Origin: Eledone cirrhosa
Taxonomy: Eukaryota
Direction: 5' to 3'
Assembly (NCBI GenBank): GCA_964016885.1
Contig: OZ024740.1
Location: 21,700,001-21,764,000, forward strand
DNA length: 64,000 nucleotides
The notes beneath the pieces are model-generated. The model saw nothing but the letters and a program-made list of their open reading frames with translations. It was not told the origin of the DNA and did not search any database. Below are positions 50,620 through 63,189 of the stretch, one piece after another. Made by a program: the position numbers and the translations under genes. Each line of letters opens with the position of its first letter. Within the stretch, counting starts at the first letter, position 1.

Positions 50620-51524
50620 CTGATGATACGATAATAGAAATTGCAAGAGATGTCAACATGAATGGACCTGTTATTTTTATCTAAAGACATTTTTTCCAAT
50701 TCCAACCCGCCTGTCCCCTCAATCTATCTTATTTCTCATTCTTTCTTCTGATGAAGGACTAGCGTCTGAAATGTTAAGACCCTCTTCCTGCTATATCAAG
50801 TGTTAACCTAATATATCCCTTCCATATACTGTACCGAATGTGTTGTTATTTCTGTTTACCTTTTACATACACATATATATATATATATAAAGAGAGAAGG
50901 AGAGAAGGAGAGAGAAATATACAAGAAAGATTAGAGTGAACTCTAAACATCCTGTACCACATCAAAACACAGTTGTGAGACATATGGACATCTATAATTT
51001 AAAAGCTGATAAGAATATTTCCCAATGTAGGATACTCTAAGATAATATATACATAAATAAAACCGCTGTTGCTCCAAACACTCAGCAAGTACCATAAATC
51101 TGTTATTAACCTTTAGCACGCTAACACATTTTATGAATTGTTTCCCATGACACTGTACTATGTATGAAGGGAGATCACTCTATTGGTGACATAATACACC
51201 TAGAGCATGCTGAAGATTAATAGCATTTAATTCATTATTAACATTTCTCTTTAAATCCCATATACTGAGTTTTTTTAAATATTAAGTTATGAACTAACAA
51301 CCAAGCATATGCCATATTATCTTTCAGCACAATTGAGTGCATTAAATTATATTTAACCGTTTAGCATTTAAACCGGCTGTATCAACAAGAATTCTCTCAG
51401 CTCTTTCTGTTTAAACTGGCCATAACCAGCTGCTCATGCTAATGTTAAGGTATTGTTTTCAAAATAAATAATATCAAAATCTCATAGATTCAATATTATG
51501 TGAGATAAAGCCATTACCGCGAAA

Positions 51525-51956
51525 CTACAATAGTATATATAGAATAATGTAAATGGTAAACTACAATAGTATATATAGAATAATGTAAATGGTAAACTAC
51601 AATAGTATATATAGAATAATGTAAATGGTAAACTACAATAGTATATATAGAATAATGTAAATGGTAAACTACAATAGTATATATAGAATAATGTAAATGG
51701 TAAACTACAATAGTATATATAGAATAATGTAAATGGTAAACTACAATAGTATATATAGAATAATGTAAATGGTAAACTACAATAGTATATATAGAATAAT
51801 GTAAATGGTAAACTACAATAGTATATATAGAATAATGTAAATGGTAAACTACAATAGTATATATAGAATAATGTAAATGGTAAACTACAATAGTATATAT
51901 AGAATAATGTAAATGGTAAACTACAATAGTATATATAGAATAATGTAAATGGTAAA
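51525..51956. repeat. 37-bp perfect satellite within a piggyBac-type MITE
   Basis: AACTACAATAGTATATATAGAATAATGTAAATGGTAA, about 11.5 identical copies. Confidence 0.95.
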
Positions 51957-52324
51957 AGTCTTTAATCTAATATTACAATTTTTCACAACAATTTGCCCAC
52001 AAGTAAATATACTAAAAACATTTGAATTAAAAAAATTCATTTACAGACATTTTCTACTAAATCATTCCATTATAGATGAAAATGTTTTATAGTTGATGTG
52101 AATATTAATTCTGTGAAAGAATAGTAAAGTATTGGTATCATCATCATTATCACCGTTTTACGTCGATGATGATGATACCAATACTTTGGTATGTACAGGC
52201 AATAAGAGTAGAGGTTATATATAATATGACACCTGGAACCTGAAAGAATGATACTGAGATAAATTAGTCTGAGATTAGTGAAAGACAGATAGAGGGATGG
52301 AATTCATTAAGGCTAAATAGTGAG

Positions 52325-52364
52325 TCTTGTTACTCTAGAGTTTCACAAGGCTCATCAGACAAGA
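52325..52364 (-). ncRNA. Minimal type I hammerhead ribozyme
   Basis: TCTTGT-CTGATGA-GCCTTGT-GAAA-CTCTAGAG-TA-ACAAGA; stem II is very weak; a degenerate inverted copy follows at about 52368-52405. Confidence 0.65.
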
Positions 52365-52480
52365 AGTTCTTGATAAACAGGTGAAACTCCAAAGTAACAA
52401 GACTCATTATTTAACCTTAATAAAAATGAATATTAAAACTCTACTTCGGATTTGAGTACTCTTTTCTTCTAGCCGTCAAC

Positions 52481-52562
<82 letters not shown>

Positions 52563-53352
52563 TAATATTACTTGTTTGTACCTACACGGTTGAGTGAAAA
52601 AGGCTAAAATGAACTTCTATTTCTAGTGACCCCATTTACTTGCCAACAGTCCATTCATTACTTTCCCTTTAGTGAACTATATTCCATGTGACAGTTATCC
52701 CTTTAAAAAAGATATCGGTCAGTGATAGACCCTCAAAATTCTCTGGGTACGAGAAAGTCCTATTCCCCTATATATGCTAAATTATTAGAACATTAGGTCG
52801 GTCTTAAAGGATGAACCCGCAGTAGGAACCAATAAGTATTTTGAGCTAATTTTTTTTTTGTCTTAATTACTTTACCCATTATTAATTATATACATATATC
52901 AGTCAGTAGGCACCTCTTAACCAAATATACACCCCAAACCACTACCCCTACTCCATCCTCCCACTCCCACCAACACCACTCTTTCTCTGTAAAGTTATGT
53001 TGGTACCAAAACATCCAATCCGAACTAATGAGATTGTGTAGGTCTCACAACAAAAAAAAAAAAAACACACAGTCCACGCTGTAATGTGGCCGTGTAGGTA
53101 AGACGGTAAAAAGTTCCCAGTCCACACTGTAAATGCGGTAGGTGTTAGGAAGGGCATCCAGCCGTAGAAAACCTGCCAGATAGTCCTATATGAGCGAGAG
53201 ATGGTCACCCGACCAACCTTGCCTCAAGTGGGACAAATCCTGTCTAACCCATGCTAGCATGGAAGATGGACGTTAAACAATGATGATATATATATATATA
53301 TATATATATCAAAATGAAAATCCGAAGGCAAGGTAACATTCCAATCATTTAA

Positions 53353-53424
53353 TCACGACACGTTTCAATAAGAGATAGATCGATTGTGAAGCCATGATCG
53401 ATTATCACTGATATCATCAGGTGA
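53353..53424 (-). ncRNA. Hammerhead-like motif with long stem II inside a fold-back repeat (about 53305-53505)
   Basis: TCAC-CTGATGA-[GATAATCGAT...ATCGATCTATC hairpin]-GAAA-CGTG-TC-GTGA. Confidence 0.6.
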
Positions 53425-53876
53425 AAATGAATTGATGAGATCAGTGATAATCGATCATGGCTTCACAATCGAATTTTACCTTGCCTTCGGATTTTCATTT
53501 TGATACTTATACTCCGTTTTACATCATCTAACTGTTCCCTTGAATGGAATTGGAGATATACAAAAGCGTGGAGAACTTAATATTGCTAACATAAAGGATT
53601 GGACCATTTTACACAACCAATAATGCACCTTACTATATAACAACTGTATATATATATATATATAATTTATTTATGTTCATACACGGAACAAAAGCGCTAT
53701 GTAAGCCCAATATTAACCATATCCAGATTGTAAGAGGGATTGAAATTGTGACCTAATCTTCAGGCGCATATTATTTCTTGTTTGTTCTTTTTTACAATGG
53801 TTAAAATTGCTCTTCCAGGATTAAAGATAAAAAAATGTCAATGAAAAGATAAAGTTATCAAATATTCCTTCCTTAC

Positions 53877-53984
53877 AGAATAAACGTAATCTGTGTCATC
53901 AGTCTTGGCTTTGTTAGGTGCAATTGTGATTGGTATACCAACTTCTGTCACACTGCACACTGCAGGTTTATCCTTGTCATCTGC
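53877..53984 (-). CDS. Dab: Disabled (Dab) exon, 36 codons
   Basis: TTATTTCAG|GCA GAT ... TAT TCT|GTAAGG; ADDKDKPAVCSVTEVGIPITIAPNKAKTDDTDYVYS; phase 0/0. Confidence 0.8.
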
Positions 53985-54132
53985 CTGAAATAACAACATA
54001 AACACATTTAATGGAGTCACATTTATTTCATTTACATATCTGGCTGACAATGTCTAGGCTTTCGTTAACTCAGTGAAGCTTGTGTTTTATTGAGTGAAGC
54101 CTGCATTTTACTGAGTGAAGCTAGTTCAGTTT

Positions 54133-55168
54133 AGATATTTAGTGATGGAGTGAAGCTGGTTCAGTTTACATATCTATAAGATATATTTAGTGATGGAGTG
54201 AAGCTTGTCCAGTTTACATATCTATAAGATACATTTAGTGATGGAGTGAAGCTTGTTCAGTTTACATATCTATAAGATATATTTAGTGATGGAGTGAAGC
54301 TGTTTCAGTTTACATATCTATAAGATATATTTAGTGATGGAGTGAAGCTTGTTCAGTTTACATATCTATAAGATACATTTAGTGATGGAGTGAAGCTTGT
54401 TCAGTTTACATATCTATAAGATATATTTAGTGATGGAGTGAAGCTTGTTCAGTTTACATATCTATAAGATACATTTAGTGATGGAGTGAAGCTTGTTCAG
54501 TTTACATATCTATAAGATATATTTAGTGATGGAGTGAAGCTTGTTCAGTTTACATATCTATAAGATACATTTAGTGATGGAGTGAAGCTTGTCCAGTTTA
54601 CATATCTATAAGATATATTTAGTGATGGAGTGAAGCTTGTCCAGTTTACATATCTATAAGGTACATTTAGTGATGGAGTGAAGCTTGTTCAGTTTACATA
54701 TCTATAAGATACATTTAGTGATGGAGTGAAGCTTGTTCAGTTTACATATCTATAAGATACATTTAGTGATGGAGTGAAGCTTGTCCAGTTTACATATCTA
54801 TAAGATACATTTAGTGATGGAGTGAAGCTTGCTCAGTTTACATATCTATAAGATATATTTAGTGATGGAGTAAAGCTTGTTCAGTTTACATATCTATAAG
54901 ATACATTTAGTGATGGAGTGAAGCTTGTTCAGTTTACATATCTATAAGATATATTTAGTGATGGAGTGAAGCTTGTTCAGTTTACATATCTATAAGGTAC
55001 ATTTAGTGATGGAGTGAAGCTTGTTCAGTTTACATATCTATAAGATACATTTAGTGATGGAGTGAAGCTTGTCCAGTTTACATATCTATAAGATACATTT
55101 AATGATGGAGTGAAGCTTGTCCAGTTTACATATCTATAAGATATATTTAGTGATGGAGTGAAGCTTGT
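54133..55168. repeat. 48-bp satellite
   Basis: TTTAGTGATGGAGTGAAGCTTGTTCAGTTTACATATCTATAAGATAYA, about 21 copies. Confidence 0.95.
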
Positions 55169-55527
55169 ATCTTGATTCTCCTGAATAAAACACATCTTAG
55201 GTTTTACTCAATTAAGGCATAAGTGGGAGGAGGGGGAGGAGGGGAAGAAGAAGAAAAGTATAAGTTGTCTTAAGTGACAAAGAGAATTTAGCTATTTTCA
55301 ATCACTTAAGTGATAAATACCAGCTTCATTTAATGACAGAGTAAAAACTCAGTTATTTTTACTCACCCGAGTGAAACACAACATCTAAGTTTTCCTCAAT
55401 AAAATGAAATTTGTTCAATTTAAATATGTGAATGATATAAGTTTGTTTTGATGGTACAATGAAGCTTTATATACATAACATAATGGTAGAGTTATATTTT
55501 ATATTCAATGAACTTTAATTATATATA

Positions 55528-58500
55528 TGTACAGTCACCGGAAATAACATCTGTGAAATATACAGCTACATCTATCTGTTAGCTAGCTACCTCACCGTGA
55601 AACAAACAACACTTAGAATCCATCAGAATAAAACGCCTACGCAGCGGCTAAACATCAAATGATTATTTCTGTATAAATAGAGTGGTTCCAAACACTTTCA
55701 CCAGTCGACTTTGGCAGAGTCAACTTGTGTATCGTTGTTCCTCTACTCTGCCACGCTTGTCACTCACACACGCCTTGTACCTTGTATCGTCGCTTCATGT
55801 GAAAATAAATAGCTGATCGAAACTACATCTCTCGCCTTGCTTCGTCCTTTTAACTTGTGCTTTCGCTATCCATTCTTACCGTATATGACAACAGTTCTTT
55901 TAAGGGCTATCTTCAGATATGATCAGACCGTATGCGATAACAGTCCTTCTAAGGGCTATTCTCGGATCTGATGAGAAGTAGTGACCAGACTGACTAACCA
56001 CGTCGCTACAATTGGTGACCTCGACGTGATTCGAACATGCAACCAGACAGCAGCCTAAGAAGATACCAACATGGACATATCACAACCAACGACAGAGGCC
56101 GAAATTTCAGAGCTGCGGGCTATGATCAGAGAGCGGGCTGGTCAAATTAAAGCCCTCTCAAATCAAGTAGAGAACCTGACCTTTCAAACTCACTGGCGAC
56201 GCAGCAACAGTCGATCCAGGCCTTTTCACAGTCGAAGATCCAGAAGTCCCAGTCAAAATCGTGCTCCTGGCAACCTCTGCTGGTATCATGCAAATTTCGG
56301 CGCACAGGCATCTAAGTGTAAAGCCCCATGCTCTTTCCAGAATACCACCCAGGGCCTAGCGACGACGTTCACTCCTGGTACTGAAAAGAAAAGTCGTCTA
56401 TTTTTTATTAACGACCAAGCGACAGGCATCCATTACCTCGTGGATACATGAGCCCAGGTTAGTATTATTCCTGTTTCACTAGTCTTGGGCAAAAGACATC
56501 CAACATCGTCCTTTTTGCAGGCAGTGAACCGATCGTCAATTCCGACTTTCGGGGAGAAATCACTGACCCTCAGTTTAGTCCTGAGGTGTCGTTTACAATG
56601 GGTGTTCGTCGTGGCAGACCTGCCGACCCCTATCTTAGGAGCCGATTTTCTCCACCACTTCAACCTTCTGGTGGACATAAAGAACCGGAGGCTTATTGAT
56701 ACCACAACAAACCTCACTGTGAGAGGTATATTTACCACGCAATCCACAGTGAGCCCTGTAATTTGCCAGTCAGAGCCTTCGCGTTACAACGGCATTCTCC
56801 AGAAATACCCAGACATCATTCGCCGGTATTTAAGAATGGACCTATTAAGCATAGTGTCACACACCACATCGAGACAAGAGGACCACCCACAGCTGCCCGA
56901 CCAAGGAGACTGCCTCCAGACTGATTGAGAATCGCCAAACAGGAGTTTCAACACATGCTGAACCTTGGAATCATTCGCCCTTCCTCCAGCAACTGGTCTG
57001 CACCCCTACACCTTGTTCCTAAAAAAACCGAGAATGATTGGCGACCATGTGGGGATTATCGTGCACTTAACAATTCTACAGTACCCGATAATTACCCTGT
57101 ATCTCACTTGCACGACTTTTCTGCCTCTCTGCAAAGCGCACGCATCTTTTCCAAGATAGATTTGGTACGTGCATATAACCAGATACCTATGGAGCCTGCA
57201 GATATTCCGAAGACCGCAATGACAAAACCGTTCGGTTTATTTGAATTCCTGCGAATGCCGTTCGGTCTGCGCAATGCTGCACAAACTTTTCAGCGGTTTA
57301 TTGACACCGTGTTACGTGATCTACCCTTCGTATATGCGTAATCGACGATGTGCTGGTAGCAAGTACTTCCGAGCAAGACCACGAGAAACACTTAGATCTC
57401 CTTGTCCAACGTTTGGCCGAGTACGGTATTATCGTCATCCCCAGCAAGTGCCTTCTCGGCGTTCCTTCACTGTCCTTTCTCGGGCACATCATTGATAAAG
57501 ACGGCATTCCTCCACTTCCCGAGAAAGTAGAAGCTATCTGCAATTTTCCCGCACCTACATCACTTCGGAAACTGCGTGAATTCCTCGGTCTGGTGAATTT
57601 TTATAGGCGTTTCATCCCTCATTGTGCTGATGCAGCCAGACTCCTCACGGACCTTCTTTGCCACCGGACCCGCAAAAACGAAGAGATCACTCTAAACGAG
57701 GAAGAATTAACATCTTTTAACCGCCTGAAAGAAATCTTGGCAAACACTTCCATGCTCGTTTTCCCCAGGTCTGGCACTCCTCTTTCGCTGCTAGTGGACG
57801 CATCAGACATGGGGGTTGGAGGCATTTTACAACAACATGTCGACGGCGTTTGGCAACCCTTATCCTTCTTTTCTAAGCGGTTGCAACCTGCAGAAACGAA
57901 ATACAGTATGTTTGGCCGCGAACTTTTGGCAACCTACCTTTCGGTTAAACATTTTCGGCACATGCTCGAAGGATCGGATTTCGTAATCTACATGGACCAT
58001 AAACCACTAGTTTATGCGTTCCGTTCCAAACTTGATCGACATTCACCGAGAGAACTCCGACACCTGGATTTTTTCTCCCAATATTCAACTGATATTCGGC
58101 ATATCAAGGGATCAGACAATGTAGCAGCCGACGCCCTGTCCCGAATCCAGCTGAACGCAATACATGTGCATTCAGGTATCGACCTTCAACAGATCGCAGA
58201 TGACCAAGAGACTGACGAAGAGCTTATCAAGCTCCGAGATTCGCCATCCCTCAAGTTTCAGCAAGTTCCCATTCTTTCTTCTCCGGGACAAATTTGGTGC
58301 GACCTTTCTACCGGTCATGAACGACCGTACGTACCACAGATGCATCGTCGACAAGTTTTTTCTGCGTTACACTGCTTGTCTCACCCGGGAATCCGGGCTA
58401 CACAGAAACTCATGTCTGCTCATTTTGTGTGGACTAACATTAACAAGGACGTGCACGACTGGCCCAGGAGCTGCATTGCCTGCCAGAAAGCCAAAGTCCA

Positions 58501-60872
58501 CAGACACATCAAAACTCCACTCGGCACATTCGCGCAACCTGATGCACGTTTTCATCATGTGCATATCGACATTGTCGGACCTCTACCACCATCACAGAAC
58601 TGCATACACTTGCTCACCTGCATAGATCGTTTTTCCTGTTGGCCTGAGGCTTTTCCCATAAGTGATACCTCTGCGGTAACAGTCGCTAAAACTTTGGTTT
58701 TACACTGGGTATCATGTTATGGCGCCCCAGCGAAGATAACAACGGACAGAGGACGCCAATATGACTCCCACCTCTTCAGGGAACTGACTCGCCTGTTAGG
58801 ATGTAAACATATCCGCATGACAGCTTATCACCCGCAAGCTAATGGTCTCGTGGAAAGATTCCATTGCCAATTGAAAGCTGCAATAAAAGCATATCAGACA
58901 AGACCCACTGGTTTGAATACCTACCACTCATCCTTCTGGGCATTCGATCCACCGTTAAGGAGGAATTCGGACACACACCTGCAGAATTAGTGTACAGCAC
59001 CACCCTGGTTCTACCTGGTCAGATGGTTGCTCCCATCTCTCCTCAGGATGTTCCAGACCCAGGATCATACGTACACCGTCTTCGACAATATATGTCTCAC
59101 CTTGCTCCTGCAAGCACCCATCAACAGAACACAGCCACACACGTACCTTCAGACATTAAAGATTGGACACACGTTTTCGTTCGAAACGACACCATCTCAG
59201 CTCATCTTCGACCTCCGTATTCTGGCCCTTATCGTGTTCTAAAAAAATATCCGAAATATTTTATTCTCGATCTAGATGGTAAACAGAATTCTGTCAGTGT
59301 GGACAGATTAAAAAAAGCCATCATGGATACTGTTACAGTCTCTACACCAGAATCTTCAACAGATTGATGTCCCAGCAAGCCACCTGTTTCATCTCCAGTC
59401 ACGAGAAGTGGTCGACGTGTCCATTGGCCCGCCAAGTTGGCACAATATGTGAATTACCGTTAACCTCAAGTGAGTTTCTTAATCATTCTTCTTGCAAAAC
59501 ATTTCCATTTTCCTTGTGTTTACTATTTCCAGTTTCAAATACAATGAACTTTCTGCTTGAACAATTGCAATTTTTAGTGACCATGTGCTCATGTCACGAA
59601 GAACATTATTTATTATGAACATTATTTATTACAAACACTATTTAAGAACAAACATTGTGTATAGCATTGTGTATAAACATTTTTTTCTTCTCTCTCTTGT
59701 TTTGCAAAATTTTTTATTTTTCTTGTTCTGCAACATTAATTGTGTAATTGCCATAATTTTTATATACATACAAGGCGTGTACATATTCTGTTTTTCATGC
59801 ACACTACAAAACCACGTTTGTTTCACCTTTTGGTTCATACATGTTTTCATGTATGTTTGTTTCACCTTTTGGTTCATACATGTTTTCTCTTTGATCACAC
59901 ATTTCACAAATCACATCCTCAAAGCACTGGCCTTCTTTTTTCACGTACACATTCACTCAATAGCTCGAGAATGCCTCGCTATTTTTTTACCACATGCATT
60001 CGCTCAAGTCATATGCTGTGGAACAAACTGTTACTTCTAGGCAGCATGCTTACGGCCATTCAGTTCACACATTACGGTTATCTTCACTGCCCAGTTAGAC
60101 TTTTTGTCACGCAATTCACAGGCAGCTCAACCCAAATTGCAACAGGCTCATTCATCACACCTGCATAAATCTGGTCAAAGTCATTTTATAGTTTATTTCT
60201 TTTTTTCTCTTCCTGACACACACATCTTGCCATATCATCTCTACATCGACTCTGTCCTATACTCGATGATCACAAAATTTCACAACGTGCTGGACACTCC
60301 TTGGGCTATTGTCATGACATATGCACCACTGGCCCATTACTATACGATATTTCGCTCTTTTGTTGTACAAAAGATCTGGCAGGGGGCTAATGTACAGCCA
60401 CCGGAAATAACATCTGTGAAATATACAGCTACATCTATCTGTTAGCTAGCTACATCACCGTGAAACAAACAACCCTTAGAAGCCATCAGAATAAAACGCC
60501 TACGCAGCGGCTAAACATCAAATGATTATTTCTGTATAAATAGAGTGGTTCCAAACACTTTCGCCAGTCGACTTTGGCAGAGTCAACTTGCATATCGTTG
60601 TTCCTCTACTCTGCCACGCTTGTCACTCACACATGCCTTGTACCTTGTATCGGCGCTTCATGTGAAAATAAATAGCTGATCGAAACTACATCTCTCGCCT
60701 TGCTTCGTCCTTTCAACTTGTGCTTTCATTTGTCCATCCTTACCATATATGACAACTACTTTTAAGGGCTATCTTCAGATACAATCAGACCGTATGCGAT
60801 AACAGTCCTTCTAAGGGCTATTCTCGGATCTGATGAGAAGTAGTGACCAGACTGATTAACCACGTTGCTACA
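55528..60872 (+). mobile_element. Ty3/Gypsy LTR retrotransposon, CsRn1 lineage, defective
   Basis: TG...CA LTRs at 55528-56010 and 60391-60872 (roughly 20-25 differences by eye); tRNA-Trp PBS at 56013; purine tract before the 3' LTR; TATA flanks; CWYH..FG..A..C..PC gag motif; PR-RT-RNaseH-IN order with HHCC, DDE and GPY motifs; stop in the protease DTG motif and frameshifts in pol. Confidence 0.96.
56071..59367 (+). pseudogene. Disrupted gag-pol of the Gypsy element
   Basis: ORFs 56071-56451, 56485-56928, 56925-57341, 57350-58990 and 58864-59367 are successive pieces of one polyprotein. Confidence 0.92.
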
Positions 60873-60878
60873 TATATA

Positions 60879-60959
60879 CAGAGGTCTCCAAAAAATGTAT
60901 ACTCAATAATTCAATTAGAATGCTGTTGAAGTGTGCATACAATTTTTTGGGACACCCTG
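60879..60959. mobile_element. Tc1/mariner-type MITE (81 bp)
   Basis: TA-CAGAGGTCTCCAAAAAATGTAT ... ATACAATTTTTTGGGACACCCTG-TA. Confidence 0.65.
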
Positions 60960-61292
60960 TATATACATATATGGTCGTGTTGGTGACAACAAAACGCGCC
61001 CAGCACACACTGTAAAACAGTCATGTAGGCATTATGGCAAAAAGCGCCAAGCCACACTGTAAAGTGGTTATGTAGGAGTCATGACAAAAAACACCCAGTA
61101 CATACAGTAAATGTGGTTGACATCAGGACGGACATCAAGCCATAGAAACCAAGCAAGAAACAGTTCTGTATGAGCAAGACATGATCCCCTGATCTGACTT
61201 ATCTCACATCAGGACAACTTATCTAACCTACGCAAGTGTGGAAAAATGGATGCTAAACGGTGTTGCTGATAATGATGATATATATATATTGT

Positions 61293-61566
61293 TTATACTT
61301 TGGGAGGGTCATGTTGCCAATAAAAACACACGCACCTGTTGGTTTTCATCTTGTTTAGATGGTGTAGGACAGAACAAAGGAGAGACACAAAATAAAAATC
61401 TAGTCACTGAGGAGGTCACAGAATGTGTGACATAAGAGCTTTGACAATATATAAACAACCTTCCCGTTATTGAACTAACCAACCAACTGGAAATTTATAA
61501 TAAATTGAACTGAAAACCAACTGGTGCATGTGTTTTTATTTGCAACATGACCCTCCCAAAGTATAA
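61293..61566. repeat. Fold-back repeat, related to about 16804-17010
   Basis: TATACTTTGGGAGGGTCATGTTGC...GCAACATGACCCTCCCAAAGTATA arms with a degenerate CTGAGGA hammerhead-like core. Confidence 0.7.
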
Positions 61567-61912
61567 CAATATCTGTTTCAACACACGTTTTCAGATAAGA
61601 AATCTTTCAAAACAAATTCAAAAACAAATTATATATATATATTTAATGAAGAAAAGGCTTCTACAGGACTAGAACTGTTTCATTCGGGAGAAAACATCAT
61701 ATATGTATATGTGTGTGTATCCTAGGTTTAATCAGATTTAACCTCAGTAAGTAAGGTACTCAATACATAGAGTATATAATGTTTAATATAGAAATGGCTT
61801 CTACAGGACTAGAACTGTTTCATTCGAAGGGAATCCTCAGGAAAGCCCTTTCCTGATGATTTCCATTGAATGATACAGTTCTAGTCCTGTAAAAGCCATT
61901 TCTATATTAAAC

Positions 61913-61947
<35 letters not shown>

Positions 61948-61958
61948 CGGTGATGATG

Positions 61959-61989
<31 letters not shown>

Positions 61990-62114
61990 AATATATGTAG
62001 GTATTATGTATATCTAGTATATATGTACATGTGTATAAATGTGTGTGTGTGTGAATATATGTAACTATGTAAACATAGTTGTGTAAATATACAAGAGTAT
62101 ATGTGTATGTGGTG

Positions 62115-62345
62115 CATCAGAATGCAGCTGATCATAATAAATGGAGAAAGACTGTACATGAGGGGAAAGTTGCTTTTGAAGCATCTTGCATCACATATGA
62201 GAAAGTAAAATGTGATGAGAGGAAGAGCATTGTTGTTGCACTTCCAGACGGCGAGGGTCCTCCTATGGCGCTGACATGCAGGGTCTGTGCAAGACACTGC
62301 CTCAGCAAAGCTGGACTTGAAAGTCATCTTCTCAGTCATAAAGTA
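62115..62345 (+). mobile_element. RTE/BovB-type LINE C-terminal fragment with C2H2 finger
   Basis: AADHNKWRKTVHEG...CRVCARHCLSKAGLESHLLSH. Confidence 0.7.
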
Positions 62346-62835
62346 AGACCAGTGGTTGACTACCAGGCTGCTGTTGGAGATGCTACTCATCATGCTGCCA
62401 AGCATGTGGTAGAGAATGTAAGTCAGCAGGAGGGCTCAAGCGACATGCAAAAGTACATCAACTCCAACCACAGTCGGCTATTCCCAATGAATGTTTTGGT
62501 TGCCGACTCTGTGCAACACATTTTAGATCATTGGCTGGGCTAAAAAGCCATATTTGATTGCAGCACCATTAACTATTAATATATATGTGTGTTCTTTTTT
62601 TTTTTTTTTGTGTATAGTCATACCCGATAACGAGGGGGCAGCCATCATACATATGTGTATACATGTTTGTATGTGTCTGAGAGAGACTTCAATGTGTATA
62701 TATGTAAATGTGTATACATGTTTGTATGTGTGAGAGGGAGACCTCAATGTGTATGTATATGTGTATATATATGTGTATGTGAGAGAGAGACCTCAATGTG
62801 TATGTATGTGTGAGAGACTCAACAGAAATACTGAC

Positions 62836-62925
62836 CTCTTTTTGGGCAGCCTCATCTCTCTCTTTCTTTTTCATTTCAAATACTGTCTCAAACAAATCCC
62901 TTATGGCGATGATAACATGTCCAGC
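62836..62925 (-). CDS. Dab: Disabled (Dab) exon encoding the C-terminal helix of the PTB domain
   Basis: CTCTTTACAG|GCT ... AAA GAG|GTCAGT; AGHVIIAIRDLFETVFEMKKKERDEAAQKE matches the Dab-family RDLFQ..(F/Y)E.K helix. Upstream PTB exons lie beyond the window. Confidence 0.9.
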
Positions 62926-63189
62926 CTGTAAAGAGTCAGAGTGGTCAAAATATAGGTGAAAGTGGTCAAAATATGGACAAAAGAGGTAAAAAAATGGTGA
63001 AAATGGGAACCATATTGGTCAAAATATAAATCACAGATGTTAAATATGGTGAAGTCACTTTGGTCAAAATATAGATGTCAGTTGTGACATATGGTCAAAC
63101 TAAGAATCGCTTTGGTCAAATAGAAGAAGAGTGAATATAGACATAGAGTGTCTATAAATACAGTTGATATCTGTAGACTGTGTCTAGCT

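Noticed and set aside
52150-52245. Possible extra Dab exon beginning TCTTTCAG|GTT CCA (VP...)
   Set aside because: Good acceptor but no convincing in-phase donor, and the downstream sequence runs into a small inverted duplication and a SINE tail.
59585-60390. Hydrophobic ORFs before the 3' LTR as an env gene
   Set aside because: Short, overlapping and T-rich, with no signal peptide, furin site or ectodomain pattern.
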